64,000 nt of DNA, taken from assembly GCA_039815185.1 (NCBI GenBank), contig JBCBZT010000005.1, positions 32,001 to 96,000 on the forward strand. The letters run 5' to 3'. This stretch comes from Cyanobacteria bacterium P01_A01_bin.123. GTDB lineage: Bacteria; Cyanobacteriota; Cyanobacteriia; Phormidesmidales; Phormidesmidaceae. The position numbers were made by a program, and so were the translations under genes. Below are positions 47,093 to 58,400 of this stretch, piece by piece (the stretch's first letter is position 1; each line of letters starts with the position of its first letter). The notes under the pieces are model-generated. The model worked only from the letters and a program-made list of their open reading frames with translations, had not been told where the DNA came from and made no database searches.

Positions 47093-49699
47093 TTAATTGA
47101 TCTGGGGAGGCTGAGGTTTGAGCTGGCGTAGGCTCAAGGCTGACTCTAGGAAGCCCTTCATTTCTTGAGCATGGGGATAGTTAGGGAAAATGGTTAACAG
47201 ATCTTGTAAATCTTGGATGGCTCCTTTGAGAAAAAGGACAGGCGCTTCTCGAGAAAGAGCTTCTTGATAAAAGTGCTTTCCTTTGTCGAGCTTACGCGAG
47301 ACTAAATGATAAAGAGCCAGATTAAATGTATGGCGATGATTATTGGGGACTTTCTCATGATTTTTCTGAGCAATTTGAATGGCTTGAGTTAAATGGGCTT
47401 TGGTGCTTTCTATCTGTTTTAGACCTAGATAAGCTAGGGCTTGTCTGTAGTAGTCCCAATCATTGTTTGTATCCATTGAGGCTTTGAAGTCTAGAAGCGC
47501 TTCATCATATTGGCGTAATAGCAAATAGACCTCGCCGCGATTTGCAGCTGCCCGTTTATACTCAGCATCCAACTCAATAGCTCGATTAAAATCTTGTAGA
47601 GCTTCTTTATAAGACTTTATAGAGTGATAAGTTCGACCACGTCCTGTGATCGCCCACTTATCCTCAGGATCTAGTTCAATGGCACGGTTAAAGTCTTCCA
47701 ATGCCTCCTCGTAGGATTCTAAAAATCGATAGATTGAACCACGTTGTGCAATCGCCCACTTATATTCAGGATCTAGTTCAATAGCACAATTGAGGTCTGT
47801 CAGTGCTTCCTCATAGCGCTCCATAAAACGATAGGTTATACCACGATGTGCGATCGCCCACTTATCTTCAGAATTCAATTCAATAGCTCGACTGAAGTCT
47901 GTCAGTGCTTCCTCATAACGCTCCATAAAACGATAGGTTATACCACGATGTGCGATCGCCCACTGATACTCAGGTTCAAGTCCAACGGCACAATTAAAAT
48001 CTTGAAGTGCTTTTTCATGCGCTGACATTAGCCGATAAACGTTACCCCGCCAAGAATAAATGATTGAATATTTCTCCGCTTTAACAACCTCTGCATTCAA
48101 AAGATCGGTCAACACTGTTACCGTTTCTCCATAGCCATCATCTTCATAAGCTTGAAGCCCCTTCATCAGACGCTTACCCCAATCACATAAGGCTTTAACC
48201 TCGAGCTCTTGACCTGCTTGCAACATCACAGCAGCCCACTGCTGGGCAAAGTCGCTATTTTGTTTCAGCGCATCTAGAAACTGATTGAGTGCAACGGCAA
48301 GTTTCTGTTGGGGGTGACTACATAGCTGATGATATAGCCGTCGCAGCGCATAGCTTTGCCAAGTCGCATCGGCATAGCGAACCTTATCATCCTCTAAATC
48401 AAGCTGTTGAGCGCAGCCGTCATAATACGCCGCCAACACCCCATGCTTCTCAGCCCAACTTTTCGCAGACTCGCGCTGCTGATAACGCAACATCTGAGGC
48501 CGCACCACATCGTGATATGCCCAACCATCACTACGCTCACCTACAAAGGGCATGGTTTTGAGCCAGCCATACAAAGCATCAACATCGGTCTCCTCATCTA
48601 CTAGCTGAGCAACCACATCCCGATTCAAGCTTTGAGGTAAGGCCGCATCCAAAGCCAACTGCCGTTTGGCCGGATCCTCTACCCACTTCAGGAAGCGCTC
48701 CACTGCCGTACCGCTCGCTTCCCCCACCTGCACCGGATCATTTGGCGAACTCTCTGCCAAAATCGCCAGCAGCAAGGGCAACCGCCCCGACACATCCAAA
48801 ATCGTGCTGATCACCTCTGCATTGGTTACCCCTTTACGCTGCAAAAACTGAGTTGCCTCTTCTGCCGTAAACGGTTCCAAGGGAAACTGCACTGGGTCAT
48901 ATCCCGACCAATCATTGGGATTCAAGCGATCGCGTCCGGCAATCACCCAGATGCAGTTGGGCGGCAAAACGCCATGGCGTTCTGCCAAAATATCTAGCAG
49001 CCAGGGCTCGACCACCTCACCCGTGCGCTCATAGGTGTCAAACAGCAACACCATTTGCCGATCGGCAATGGTTTCTAGCCCTTCTAAAAACAGCGGAGTC
49101 AAGACACCAAGTGGTTCATTCACCAATTGAATCTCATCTTTATTCTTCAGCTTTCGGCTGACAAACGTTGCCCATTCCCCAGCCCCCTCCACCAAGCCCT
49201 CTTCATCGACAAAATCCAGGGCGGCACCCGCAATCGGCACTTGCCGTCCTAACTTTAGCCCAACCTTTGTGACCGTTTTGCCCACAAAGGCAGAAAATCC
49301 CTGGGGAGCCTCTGGATCGGTTTCTAACTCCTCACGCTTGTGGCGATAAACCTTATAGCGCTCACTAAACTTGGCTAGCGGCTGTCCCTGATCTGCCAGC
49401 TGTTTGGCAAATGCAGCCATGACCTCTGGCACGGTGGTAATTGCCTCATCAATTCGCGCCACGACATGCTGATGCCCTTTAGCAATTGCTTCAAACTGGC
49501 GTAGCAGGGTTGTTTTACCCACGCCGCCCTGTCCCCAAATATTGAAGAGAAATGCACCGGGATAGGCAAAGCCATCCACTATTTGCAAATGGGTCAGGTT
49601 GTGTTGAAACGTTTCCAACTGCTCAACCCGACCGACAAAGGCCGAACGCTGCTGAGCACGAATCAGATCTTGGCGGCTAGGACGCTTTTTGGGGGGCAT
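47093..49699 (-). CDS. P-loop (STAND-like) ATPase with TPR repeats
   Basis: FVGR, GQGGVGKT, LLFDTYE, IAGR, GRLPL; TPRs AIAHRG.TY...YEEAL.DF..AIEL. Confidence 0.9.
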   Translation of the reverse strand: MPPKKRPSRQDLIRAQQRSAFVGRVEQLETFQHNLTHLQIVDGFAYPGAFLFNIWGQGGVGKTTLLRQFEAIAKGHQHVVARIDEAITTVPEVMAAFAKQLADQGQPLAKFSERYKVYRHKREELETDPEAPQGFSAFVGKTVTKVGLKLGRQVPIAGAALDFVDEEGLVEGAGEWATFVSRKLKNKDEIQLVNEPLGVLTPLFLEGLETIADRQMVLLFDTYERTGEVVEPWLLDILAERHGVLPPNCIWVIAGRDRLNPNDWSGYDPVQFPLEPFTAEEATQFLQRKGVTNAEVISTILDVSGRLPLLLAILAESSPNDPVQVGEASGTAVERFLKWVEDPAKRQLALDAALPQSLNRDVVAQLVDEETDVDALYGWLKTMPFVGERSDGWAYHDVVRPQMLRYQQRESAKSWAEKHGVLAAYYDGCAQQLDLEDDKVRYADATWQSYALRRLYHQLCSHPQQKLAVALNQFLDALKQNSDFAQQWAAVMLQAGQELEVKALCDWGKRLMKGLQAYEDDGYGETVTVLTDLLNAEVVKAEKYSIIYSWRGNVYRLMSAHEKALQDFNCAVGLEPEYQWAIAHRGITYRFMERYEEALTDFSRAIELNSEDKWAIAHRGITYRFMERYEEALTDLNCAIELDPEYKWAIAQRGSIYRFLESYEEALEDFNRAIELDPEDKWAITGRGRTYHSIKSYKEALQDFNRAIELDAEYKRAAANRGEVYLLLRQYDEALLDFKASMDTNNDWDYYRQALAYLGLKQIESTKAHLTQAIQIAQKNHEKVPNNHRHTFNLALYHLVSRKLDKGKHFYQEALSREAPVLFLKGAIQDLQDLLTIFPNYPHAQEMKGFLESALSLRQLKPQPPQIN

Positions 49700-49999
49700 A
49701 CCCAGAGTGAGACGATTTTCTCAGGGAACTTTGCCATATTCTGACAAAGTAATCCGGTTAGGTCACTAGCGTCGCCAATCGGCCCAGGATTTCGTCTATA
49801 TATTGGGATGACCTAGACCAATTTCTTTGGGAAAATTATTGACAATGTGATCTGATTTGATACATTCTTGCTATCTTTCGTTAGAACTATAGCTGGGTGC
49901 GATCGCCGGGTGCGGTCTAATCAAGCAATTTGTGGTGATTTGAGGAACTGCTGTGGTTCGTAGCCATCCCAGTCGGCCCGCAGCTTACGAACAGGTGTC

Positions 50000-52669
50000 A
50001 TGTCAAACCTAGCGCTGGAATACCATCAGGAAGAACGGCCCTCGATTAAACAGGAAGCCGCAGGGGGCAGCTTTCGCGCGATCGCCCTGTGGTTGAATGA
50101 ATATTTAGTGCCCCAACAAATTTTTGCCCAAGTGGGCTCAACTCAGCCCGGTTGTCTACAGGTGATTGTAGAATTTCATCAGCCGCCCCACCGCGATCGC
50201 TTAGTACGGTTTATCTGTCATCGGCTCTGGCACCTCAACTCTGAGCTGATTGAAGGGGCTCACATCATCGCCCGCATCATGGGCCAAACTCGCCCCCTTT
50301 GGCAAGAGAAGGTTCGCATCAGCACCGCGGCTTCCCGTGCCAATCAGACTGCCACGACGATTAAGATCCCTACTCCCAAGTCGATTGCCCAGCCAGAGCT
50401 GCCACCTCAGATTGCCCAGCGGAAAAAAGCTGTCGCAACGCCTCCTTATGCGGCTGTGCTCAATCGCCATTTAAAGGTGGTGCGGGCCTTTTTGATTAGC
50501 GGTTCTGCTGTTGCGGCCTTTTTATTTGGCTGTTTTGCCGAAATCATGGTGTCTAACCCAGGGCCAGCCTTGCCGGTGATTTCCCAAGCTCCCACCACAT
50601 CAGGTGAACAACCCGAGCCGGACGATCAGACAGCCGTCTTACCGGTTAATGATCCTGGGGCAGTGCCTGCCTCGCGAGTGCTGACGCCAGAATCAAATTC
50701 ATTCCAGGAGGAGTCTCGACCCAATCTGGTGAATGCCCCCCTTGAACCCGTGGCGGTGATTCAACACGATCGGGTCATGTATCCTGCTGACCCCAACGTG
50801 ATTTTGCTGTTTGGGGGTGAAATAGACTTAGATGATCTACCCTACGATACCGTCGAGACTGACGCAGAAATTCTAGGGACATTGGCGGATTACCAACAAG
50901 CCGACGTGGCCATGATTGGCTTGGGCGACCCCTTGACTTCAGCCGGGACCCAGCCCAAAGAAGAACTCTACAACCACCAACGCCCTGATGCAGTGCAGGT
51001 CTTAAAGCAAGCTGGGGTTGATATGGTCAATCTCAGTAGCGGTAACTTGCTGGAATTTGGTGAATATGGCCTAGAAGAAACCCTCACGACCTTGGATCGA
51101 GAAGGTCTCTACCGAGTCGGGGCCGGACGAGATGGTCAAGAAGCCCGTCGACCCGAGATTTTAGAGGTTAAAGGCCAACGTATCGCTTACTTAGCCTACA
51201 ACCAAGACGATCTCCACGAAGCTTACAAGGATGTCGCGGGTATCAACGCCCAAGGCAAGCGGCAAGTGATTGAAGACATCCGCACGCTTCGCAGCCAAGT
51301 CGATTGGATTGTAGTCAACTACCGCTGGCAGGAAGAAGTACCCCAGTCTCCTGCGGATTGGCAAACGAATTTGGCTCGGATGGCCATCGATCAAGGGGCT
51401 GATGTGGTTGTGGGTTACCATCCGTCCCAAATACAGGGGGCTGAAATTTATAAAGGACGCCCGATTGCGTATTCTCTGGGTGATTTTGTGTTTGGGAATG
51501 CTGGCCGCGATAATCAAAGGCCAGCCGCTGATTATCGCGAAACGGCTATGCTCAAAATCTCTGTTCGCCCAGAGCAGATGAAAGTTGACTTGCTGCCCGT
51601 TGTGATCGACAACGACCAGCCCCAGTTAGCCACAGGTGTCACCGCAGACGCTATCTTGCGCAAGATTGAAACGGCCTCCATTGACTTTAATCAGCCCATG
51701 CAGGTGGCGGAGGTTCTAGACATCCGCCACCGCTATCAGGCTCCGCCCCAACGCCCGGCCCAACAACCTTCTGACGGCGGTTTTACCAGTCCAGGAGAAA
51801 CACTACCCAGCCAGGATGCGCCCAGTTTCTCTCCGGGTGAGACGATTTCTCCTAGCCCAGCGCCGCTGACGACTCCGGCAGCTCAGCCGCGCCGTGATTC
51901 TCTAGATGATGCACCCGCGCCCGCGTTAGAATCGCCTGTTGCCCCGACCCAGGATTCCGGTCGTCAGGAGACGAATGAAGGCATGACCCAACCCGTCTTC
52001 CCCAGCCCTAACTTCCTAGACGAGAATAAGCCCACCATCACCCCGATTCAATCTCCTGCGGGGGCGACGGGAAGCGATCCTCAATCCCCTCAGCCCACCC
52101 TGATCCCTGATCCGTCAGTTCCCAGAATTAACCAGCCAGTACCGAGTTCCAAAGAGTCTTCGGATCAAGTGCCTTTTGAGTCAGAATTGGAAATTCAACT
52201 TGACGGCGCCCCCTCAGATCTCTTGCCCGAGTGGGGGCCAAAAGAGTCTTCCGACGAAGACTTTGAATCGATCCCCGATGTCCCTCAAAGTCTACCCCTG
52301 CCAGAAACCATGCCTGGCTTAACCCTGGATGACAGCACCTCCGACTCATCGGTCAGCGAAGATTCTTCTGCAACCCAGGCGGCGCCACCCGCTATGCCAA
52401 ATGCTGCGCCTGAATTAGTCCCTCCAGAAAAGGCAGTAGAGGAATCGCCCGAAGCAGAAGAAACCCCTGAGGCACAGTCTCAGCCTGAAGAAAAGGCGAC
52501 TGAAGAAAAGCCGATAGAGGTACAGCCTGAACCCGACGCTGCCTCACCGGATGCCATTGGCCCTTATCATGAACCCCTGGTTGGGCCGCTCAGCTCCGCT
52601 GAAACCGATGCTGTGCCGACTCCAGAGCCCCAACCGATTGCTTTATCTGCTGATGGTGTTGAGCGGTAA
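50000..52669 (+). CDS. CapA family (PGA_cap) protein with long Pro/Glu-rich tail
   Basis: LKQAGVDMVNL, IDQGADVVVG.HP, EIYKGRPIAYSLGDFVF; several metal ligands look degenerate. Confidence 0.8.
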   Translation: MSNLALEYHQEERPSIKQEAAGGSFRAIALWLNEYLVPQQIFAQVGSTQPGCLQVIVEFHQPPHRDRLVRFICHRLWHLNSELIEGAHIIARIMGQTRPLWQEKVRISTAASRANQTATTIKIPTPKSIAQPELPPQIAQRKKAVATPPYAAVLNRHLKVVRAFLISGSAVAAFLFGCFAEIMVSNPGPALPVISQAPTTSGEQPEPDDQTAVLPVNDPGAVPASRVLTPESNSFQEESRPNLVNAPLEPVAVIQHDRVMYPADPNVILLFGGEIDLDDLPYDTVETDAEILGTLADYQQADVAMIGLGDPLTSAGTQPKEELYNHQRPDAVQVLKQAGVDMVNLSSGNLLEFGEYGLEETLTTLDREGLYRVGAGRDGQEARRPEILEVKGQRIAYLAYNQDDLHEAYKDVAGINAQGKRQVIEDIRTLRSQVDWIVVNYRWQEEVPQSPADWQTNLARMAIDQGADVVVGYHPSQIQGAEIYKGRPIAYSLGDFVFGNAGRDNQRPAADYRETAMLKISVRPEQMKVDLLPVVIDNDQPQLATGVTADAILRKIETASIDFNQPMQVAEVLDIRHRYQAPPQRPAQQPSDGGFTSPGETLPSQDAPSFSPGETISPSPAPLTTPAAQPRRDSLDDAPAPALESPVAPTQDSGRQETNEGMTQPVFPSPNFLDENKPTITPIQSPAGATGSDPQSPQPTLIPDPSVPRINQPVPSSKESSDQVPFESELEIQLDGAPSDLLPEWGPKESSDEDFESIPDVPQSLPLPETMPGLTLDDSTSDSSVSEDSSATQAAPPAMPNAAPELVPPEKAVEESPEAEETPEAQSQPEEKATEEKPIEVQPEPDAASPDAIGPYHEPLVGPLSSAETDAVPTPEPQPIALSADGVER

Positions 52670-52846
52670 ACGTATGGGCCAATCTAAGGTGTTGCTAAGG
52701 CAACGCCCTGGCCTCGAAAAGTTGTTATTTTGCCTCTATTTATTGCTCGGTTAACTTTATTGACTCGTAAGGGACTTAAGTTGGCAAACCGCCTTAAATA
52801 GGGAGAGTTGTGACGAATTAGACGTTTCTTGACTGGATAAACGACC

Positions 52847-54052
52847 ATGGCGACTTGGATGAAAGAAACGGATCAGGCGATCTACCTGATGCAGGGAGGC
52901 TACTATATCGACAAAATTGAAAAACGTCCTTATGTCGAAGGGCAAACGCGGCTGACCCTGCTCGATATGAAAGACTGGTTCACCCGTCCTGATCCGCCTG
53001 GTGGTATGGTCGTCGCTTGGGATAGTGATGGGCCAGAACCCCAACCCAAGCCAAAACCTGATGCCACCCTGGAACTCACCCAGGTGCCCCAATCAGTTGA
53101 AATCAAAGAACTCTTCCAGATTCAGGGAAAGATTGCGCCAACCTATGTGGGGCAATCTGTTCAACTCTCCATTGGTGGGCAAGTGGCAACCTCTGCGCCT
53201 AAGGTTCAGCCCGATGGCCGTTGGGTCATCAATTATCGCTTCTTTGGGGCCGGTACCCGCTCTTTGAAGGTGACCATCAGCGATCAAAGTGCTGACTTCA
53301 GCATTAAGGTGGTTGAGCCTGCACCCGAGACGATCGATTTGAGACTCAGTGGCAGTGTTGGTATTTCAGCGGATAACCATGCCGAAGACGTGATTTCAGT
53401 CAAAGAGAGACTTGCTGCGCTAGGATTCAGCTTTTTTCAAGTCTCGCCATCGGTGGATGCCGGGTTAATTCAAGCGATTAAACTGTTTCAGTCGATTATT
53501 TCGGGCAGCACTAAGCTAATTGGGGATGGTCGAGTTGATGTCAATCGCAGAACACAGGAGTTCTTGGAAGCCTCAAATGCGCCTAAGTGGATGCTCATGC
53601 CGATTCGGGGAGAAGGGTTTATCAACTTTGAGCGTGAAGACTTGAAAGATCAGCATGATTATGGGTCAAGCTGGATGGCCGATAGCATCATTGCTGCCGG
53701 TAAACGCTACGAAACTACCTATCGCAAAGGTCGCTCCAATATTTCCTTAATCCCGGTTAATGATGTGAGTTTTCCTAAAGGGGGCAACACGCCGGATCAT
53801 GCAGGCCATGAAGCAGGCAATGCCTGCGATGTTTCGATTCCTAGGACTGGGGGGAGCTACGGAACGACTTGGCAAAGCAGCAATTACGACCGCGATTCGA
53901 CTCGGGCAATTCTGCAGGCGCTGAAAGCGCAACCGTTAGTGACGCGGATTTACTTTAACGATACGAAGTTAATTGGCGAAGGCCTCTGTCAGCGGGCAGG
54001 GGGGCATGACAACCATATTCACTTTGAAGTAGGCGTGCCTAACCCACAGTAG
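52847..54052 (+). CDS. Putative cell-wall metallo-endopeptidase (Ig-like + PG-binding + MepA/LAS-like domain)
   Basis: DV..VKERL..LGF...AIKLFQ (PG-binding); DVS...GG..PDH.GH..G...D and HDNHIH. Confidence 0.7.
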   Translation: MATWMKETDQAIYLMQGGYYIDKIEKRPYVEGQTRLTLLDMKDWFTRPDPPGGMVVAWDSDGPEPQPKPKPDATLELTQVPQSVEIKELFQIQGKIAPTYVGQSVQLSIGGQVATSAPKVQPDGRWVINYRFFGAGTRSLKVTISDQSADFSIKVVEPAPETIDLRLSGSVGISADNHAEDVISVKERLAALGFSFFQVSPSVDAGLIQAIKLFQSIISGSTKLIGDGRVDVNRRTQEFLEASNAPKWMLMPIRGEGFINFEREDLKDQHDYGSSWMADSIIAAGKRYETTYRKGRSNISLIPVNDVSFPKGGNTPDHAGHEAGNACDVSIPRTGGSYGTTWQSSNYDRDSTRAILQALKAQPLVTRIYFNDTKLIGEGLCQRAGGHDNHIHFEVGVPNPQ

Positions 54053-54195
54053 ATTTTGGATGTTGCCTAAGCTTTTGAGGCTCCCCCGCTGTCCCGGGGG
54101 TATGCAAATTGGGTTGGAACTTGCCTCCTTTGAGTTTACATTCCGCGTAACGATCAATTTTGATTCAAAATAGGGAAGCAACACAAATCCTGACC

Positions 54196-54597
54196 ATGAC
54201 CGACTCATCTGACAGCAACGGGATCTCCCGCCTAGACCGCATCGAAAAGCTAGTTGAGGCGAACGCCTTGGCAATCGAAGGGTTGCGAGTGGCTCAGGAA
54301 GCAGAACGTCTACAACTGCGTAGCTCTATCGAAGACTTGGTGGCAATGCTGGCTCAGCAGTCCGAAGAAGCCGCTCAAGAGCGTGCTGAGATGAAGCGAC
54401 AGCAGGAAGAATCAGACCAGCGCTTTGAGACGATGCTGGCCGAAATGAGAGCAGATCGCACGGAAAACCGTCAGAACCTTGAAGTTCTGTTGGCCGAGAT
54501 CAGGGCAGATCGTGAAGAAAGCCGTGTAGAACGCGAGGCAAACCGTCAAGAGCATAAAGAATTTCGACAGGCTATTCGAGCGTTGATAGCGTCATGA
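54196..54597 (+). CDS. Coiled-coil hypothetical protein
   Basis: SRLDRIE.LV..NA, QRFETMLAEMRADR pattern. Confidence 0.7.
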   Translation: MTDSSDSNGISRLDRIEKLVEANALAIEGLRVAQEAERLQLRSSIEDLVAMLAQQSEEAAQERAEMKRQQEESDQRFETMLAEMRADRTENRQNLEVLLAEIRADREESRVEREANRQEHKEFRQAIRALIAS

Positions 54598-54803
54598 CCT
54601 GCAAGGTGTAAAGCGCTACATTCTTTGATCTCCAACAATGCAACTACCCATAACTTCACCCAATAGTGCAAGCTTTCGGAAGCCCGCTAGGCATCCTAAG
54701 CCAGAAGCGCTAGATGCATCTGTGGAAGACGTTGATTGAGTCATCCGTAATATCGACCCAACGGGTTGATGTTCAAAGGGCAGGTCTTGGAAAAAACAGC
54801 GCC

Positions 54804-55391
54804 ATGAAGCCCGTTCTATTCGGTTCTATTCTCGGTATTGTCAGCTTGTCGGCTCTAGTGGGTGGTGCCATTGCCCAGAGTGTGCCGCTGACATCAGAGA
54901 TGACCGCCATGGCCCAGGCAAACGAACCCACTGCTGCACCAGCCCTTGCCAGCGGCTACAATCGCTACACCTCGTCTGGGCAATATTCGATCGAATTCCC
55001 CGATGGTGCCTACCTGCACAACAACAATCAGGGCTATTTGATCATGAGTAACTATGCTCCGCAGGTTGGGGCCTGTTGTTTTGAGGCCGAATCGCTCAAA
55101 ACAGATATCTACGTCACGGCTATTCCCTTCGAGACCGCTAAAGAAAACGCGGTGATTGACGATAGCGGCATGGCGGGTGAGTTGGTTCAACAATCGGTGA
55201 TTAATCTCAACGGACGAGAGGCCATTCGCACCTGGTGGATCAATGGAGACAATGGGTCTGACTCTGTTTCTACGATTGTGCAATTCTCGGAAACCGAATC
55301 TGCCTATATCACTAGCTTTTATGCCACTGGCGATCGCACGATGGACAGTACGATTGAAGCCATTCACAACTCTTTTCAGGCATTGAACTAA
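54804..55391 (+). CDS. Secreted protein, PsbP/DUF1795-like fold possible
   Basis: Signal peptide MKPVLFG...AIAQ; YSIEFPDG, LNGREA, I.NSF pattern. Confidence 0.65.
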   Translation: MKPVLFGSILGIVSLSALVGGAIAQSVPLTSEMTAMAQANEPTAAPALASGYNRYTSSGQYSIEFPDGAYLHNNNQGYLIMSNYAPQVGACCFEAESLKTDIYVTAIPFETAKENAVIDDSGMAGELVQQSVINLNGREAIRTWWINGDNGSDSVSTIVQFSETESAYITSFYATGDRTMDSTIEAIHNSFQALN

Positions 55392-55403
55392 TCTCGAAAG
55401 GTC

Positions 55404-55438
55404 GCAAAGCGGTCTTGCTATTGGCAAGACCGCTTTGC
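55404..55438. terminator. Hairpin between convergent genes
   Basis: GCAAAGCGGTCTTGC-tattg-GCAAGACCGCTTTGC perfect 15-bp stem. Confidence 0.8.
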
Positions 55439-55479
55439 ATAGCACTGCTTTTCAAAAGCAACGATTCAACCCCGGATCG

Positions 55480-58400
55480 CTAAACGACCACAAAATGCGC
55501 GTCGTCAAGCATCGTAGATTGCACACCTTGAAGGAGCACTAAGGTTTCTGCACCCACACTGATCAGGGCATCGTTGCCTTGCTGACGAATGGCCAGTTGA
55601 CCCAAGCTAAGGCCGTCCGCCAACCCAATTAGGTCAATCCCGATTTCAAAGTCGGTGATGGTGTCGGTTCCTTCGCCCATCGCAAATACGAAGGTATCAC
55701 TGCCTTGTCCGCCAGAAGCATCATCTCCGGTTAAGGTGTCGTTGCCGAGACCACCCCGTAGCAGGTCATCACCGTCATCGCCCCAGATTTGGTCGTTCCC
55801 AGCATCTCCAAAGAGGCGGTCATTGCCAGACTTGCCGCCGATGCGATCATTACCGTCACCCCCAAAGATTACGTCATCGCCCCCGGCTTCGCCCGCTTGG
55901 GCACTGCGGACATTGCGATCGCCCCGCAGCACATCATCGCCAGTACCGCCGTAGATAATATCGCCAGCCAGTTCGCCAGCCAGGGTGTCATCACCGCCAA
56001 ACCCGTTGAGGATGTTGGTCACATCATCGCCAACCAGGGTTTCCCCATCGGCGCTGCCACTGATTAGTGCTTGAACTGGATTGCGCGGATCGTAGCTGGT
56101 AGTGTCGATGTCGAGGGGATTGGGGAATGCTTCAGCCACGTTCTCCCAAGGCACCAACTTTAAGTTGGTGCTGTTGTTTTCCAGCTCTTCGTCGTCTTCG
56201 ACCGCATTTTGCGGATCATTGGCCCCGTCCTGGACGACGAGTAAACCGTTGGGAAACGCCGACCCCAGCGATACATTAATCACATCGAGACCATCGCTTT
56301 CGTTGGCCTGATCAATCGGCCCGTTCGCGCCGACGACGAAACTGCCGAGATAGGCGTTATCGCCTTCTCGGTTGAACACGGCGTAGGACGAATCCCCTTG
56401 GCTATTGGCAATCAGGTAACCGCTGCCGTCTGCGCCGTAGTAGATGCTGAGTCCTTCCAGGTCGGGCACCAGATAGTCTTCATCAATGGATTGAATCACC
56501 TGAAAATCATTGCCACCATCGGGTTCAGCCGAGAACTTGAGGATGCCAACTTCATCTTCAAGCGACACGTAGAGGAAGCCCAACTCCTGGTCAACCACGA
56601 TGCCTTCGGATTGGGAATCAGCCGGATCGCCTGTTGGCGTGGGGAGTTCTAACGTGCGAACCACACTGGCGCTGACTTTGCCACTGTCTTCAACTAGCTC
56701 TAGCTGGGCGACCAAGTTACCGTCAGCCTGGGTGACAAAGGCGTAGGACTTGCCGGAAACGGGGCTAGTGTAAGTGCTGAGACCGTAGGCTGTGGCCTCA
56801 CCATCGTCCACACCAAAGATAGTTTCAGGGATGTTGGCCGAGGTGACGTCGGTGATGCCCCCGGTTTCGGGATCGATTTGCAAAATGGTGAGGGTGTCGT
56901 TTTCGCGATCGCTCAAGATCGCCAAATCCGTCGGGCTGCCACCCAAATCAAAACCATAAACCAGGTCCACGTTGTTATAGCGGATGTCGCCAAATTCAGC
57001 GGGGCGAAACGTGGACAGGACATTCCCCTCCAGATCAAAGCTTGCCAGACCACCATCTTTAAGGGTGCCAAACACCACGCTTTTACTCGGATCGGTGGGG
57101 TGCACCCAAATCGCGGGATCGTCAGAATCCCCTTGAAGCGGCGTCGTGCCGTCTTCGTCATCTACCGTCAGAGGCGTTTCCAGTACGGGCAGGGCAGCGG
57201 GTGTGCTCTCCAAATCTAGGGCAAAAGCTAGGAACTGGGTTTTCTGCGTATCGCTGAAGTTGTTGTCACTGACCACAATTAGGGACTGACGACCGTCTTC
57301 TAGCACAGGCCCGAGGGCAATCCCTTCCAGGTTGTCAGGGGCGATGCCTAAGTCTGCTTCGATATCTAGCAGTTCAGTCTTCGTGACTGCCGGATCAATT
57401 TCAAAGGGGCCGGGGGGTAAAATCTCACCATCGTCATCCAGCGGCTCTTCCCGGAACAGGTCGGGGGTGTCGAACACGTCCAGTGCCCCCTGAGCATTCA
57501 CCTGGAACAGCTTGACCGTGTTGCCCACACCGACGGAGAAGCCCCGCTCTAGGGCTAAGAAGGTGCCATTGTTGTCCAGCGCCAACAGCTCAACCAACCC
57601 ATTGGTGGCAAAATCATCAGCGGGTATGGGTTCATCGGGAATCGCATCCACTTCATAAACAAACTCGGCGACGGGTTCGCCCGTGCTGAGGTCGTATTTG
57701 AGGATGCGGCTGAGGCTACCGTTGTCTAACGTGGCCTCTGGCCCATCTTGGAACAGGGCATTCTCGGTGGCGGTGTAAAGGAAGCGTTGATCGGGAGTAA
57801 TAGTTAGGCTCTCAAAGGCAGCGTTGTTGCGAATGCCGCTGGACTGATCCGCCGTGGGCAAGTACTTATCAGGGACAGGGAGTTCGCTGATTTGCTGCCC
57901 AGTGAGCGAAAACTGCCGGACAAAGGGATCGATCAGCTGATTTGCATCCCCTTCAGAAGAAATGTACAGCGTCCCTGTGCCCGTTAGTGCAATCCCTTCG
58001 GGATCAAGGACGCCATCGTCGAAGGGGTTACCTTCAGCATCCAGCAGTAGAGTCGTCTCTTGGAACGTGATGTCGCCGTCATCCAGGCTACCGTCACTGA
58101 GGTCAATACCTAGCGTGTAGAATCGGGCATCGGAGCTGCGATCGTCTGCTAAGGCATAATACAGGCCGCGATCGCTGTCGTAAGCAATGCCCGAGAGCCC
58201 CCCTATTTCGGTGCCGTCCAGTTCAGTCCCAGTGACAAAGGAAACCTCACCCAAGAATTCCACCCCAGCTACAGACTGGCGGTCTTGGCTAGCACCCTGA
58301 CGGGCCACAGCCACATCGGTATAGACCAAGCGATGGTCAGAACTGGGGAAGGGAAAATCGCCGACTAGATCAAAGTTTTCGGCGTCGGCGTCGGGCCAAA

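Noticed and set aside
54894..55445. 183-aa minus-strand ORF (and similar short overlapping ORFs in the track)
   Set aside because: Antisense or alternate-frame shadows of better-supported genes
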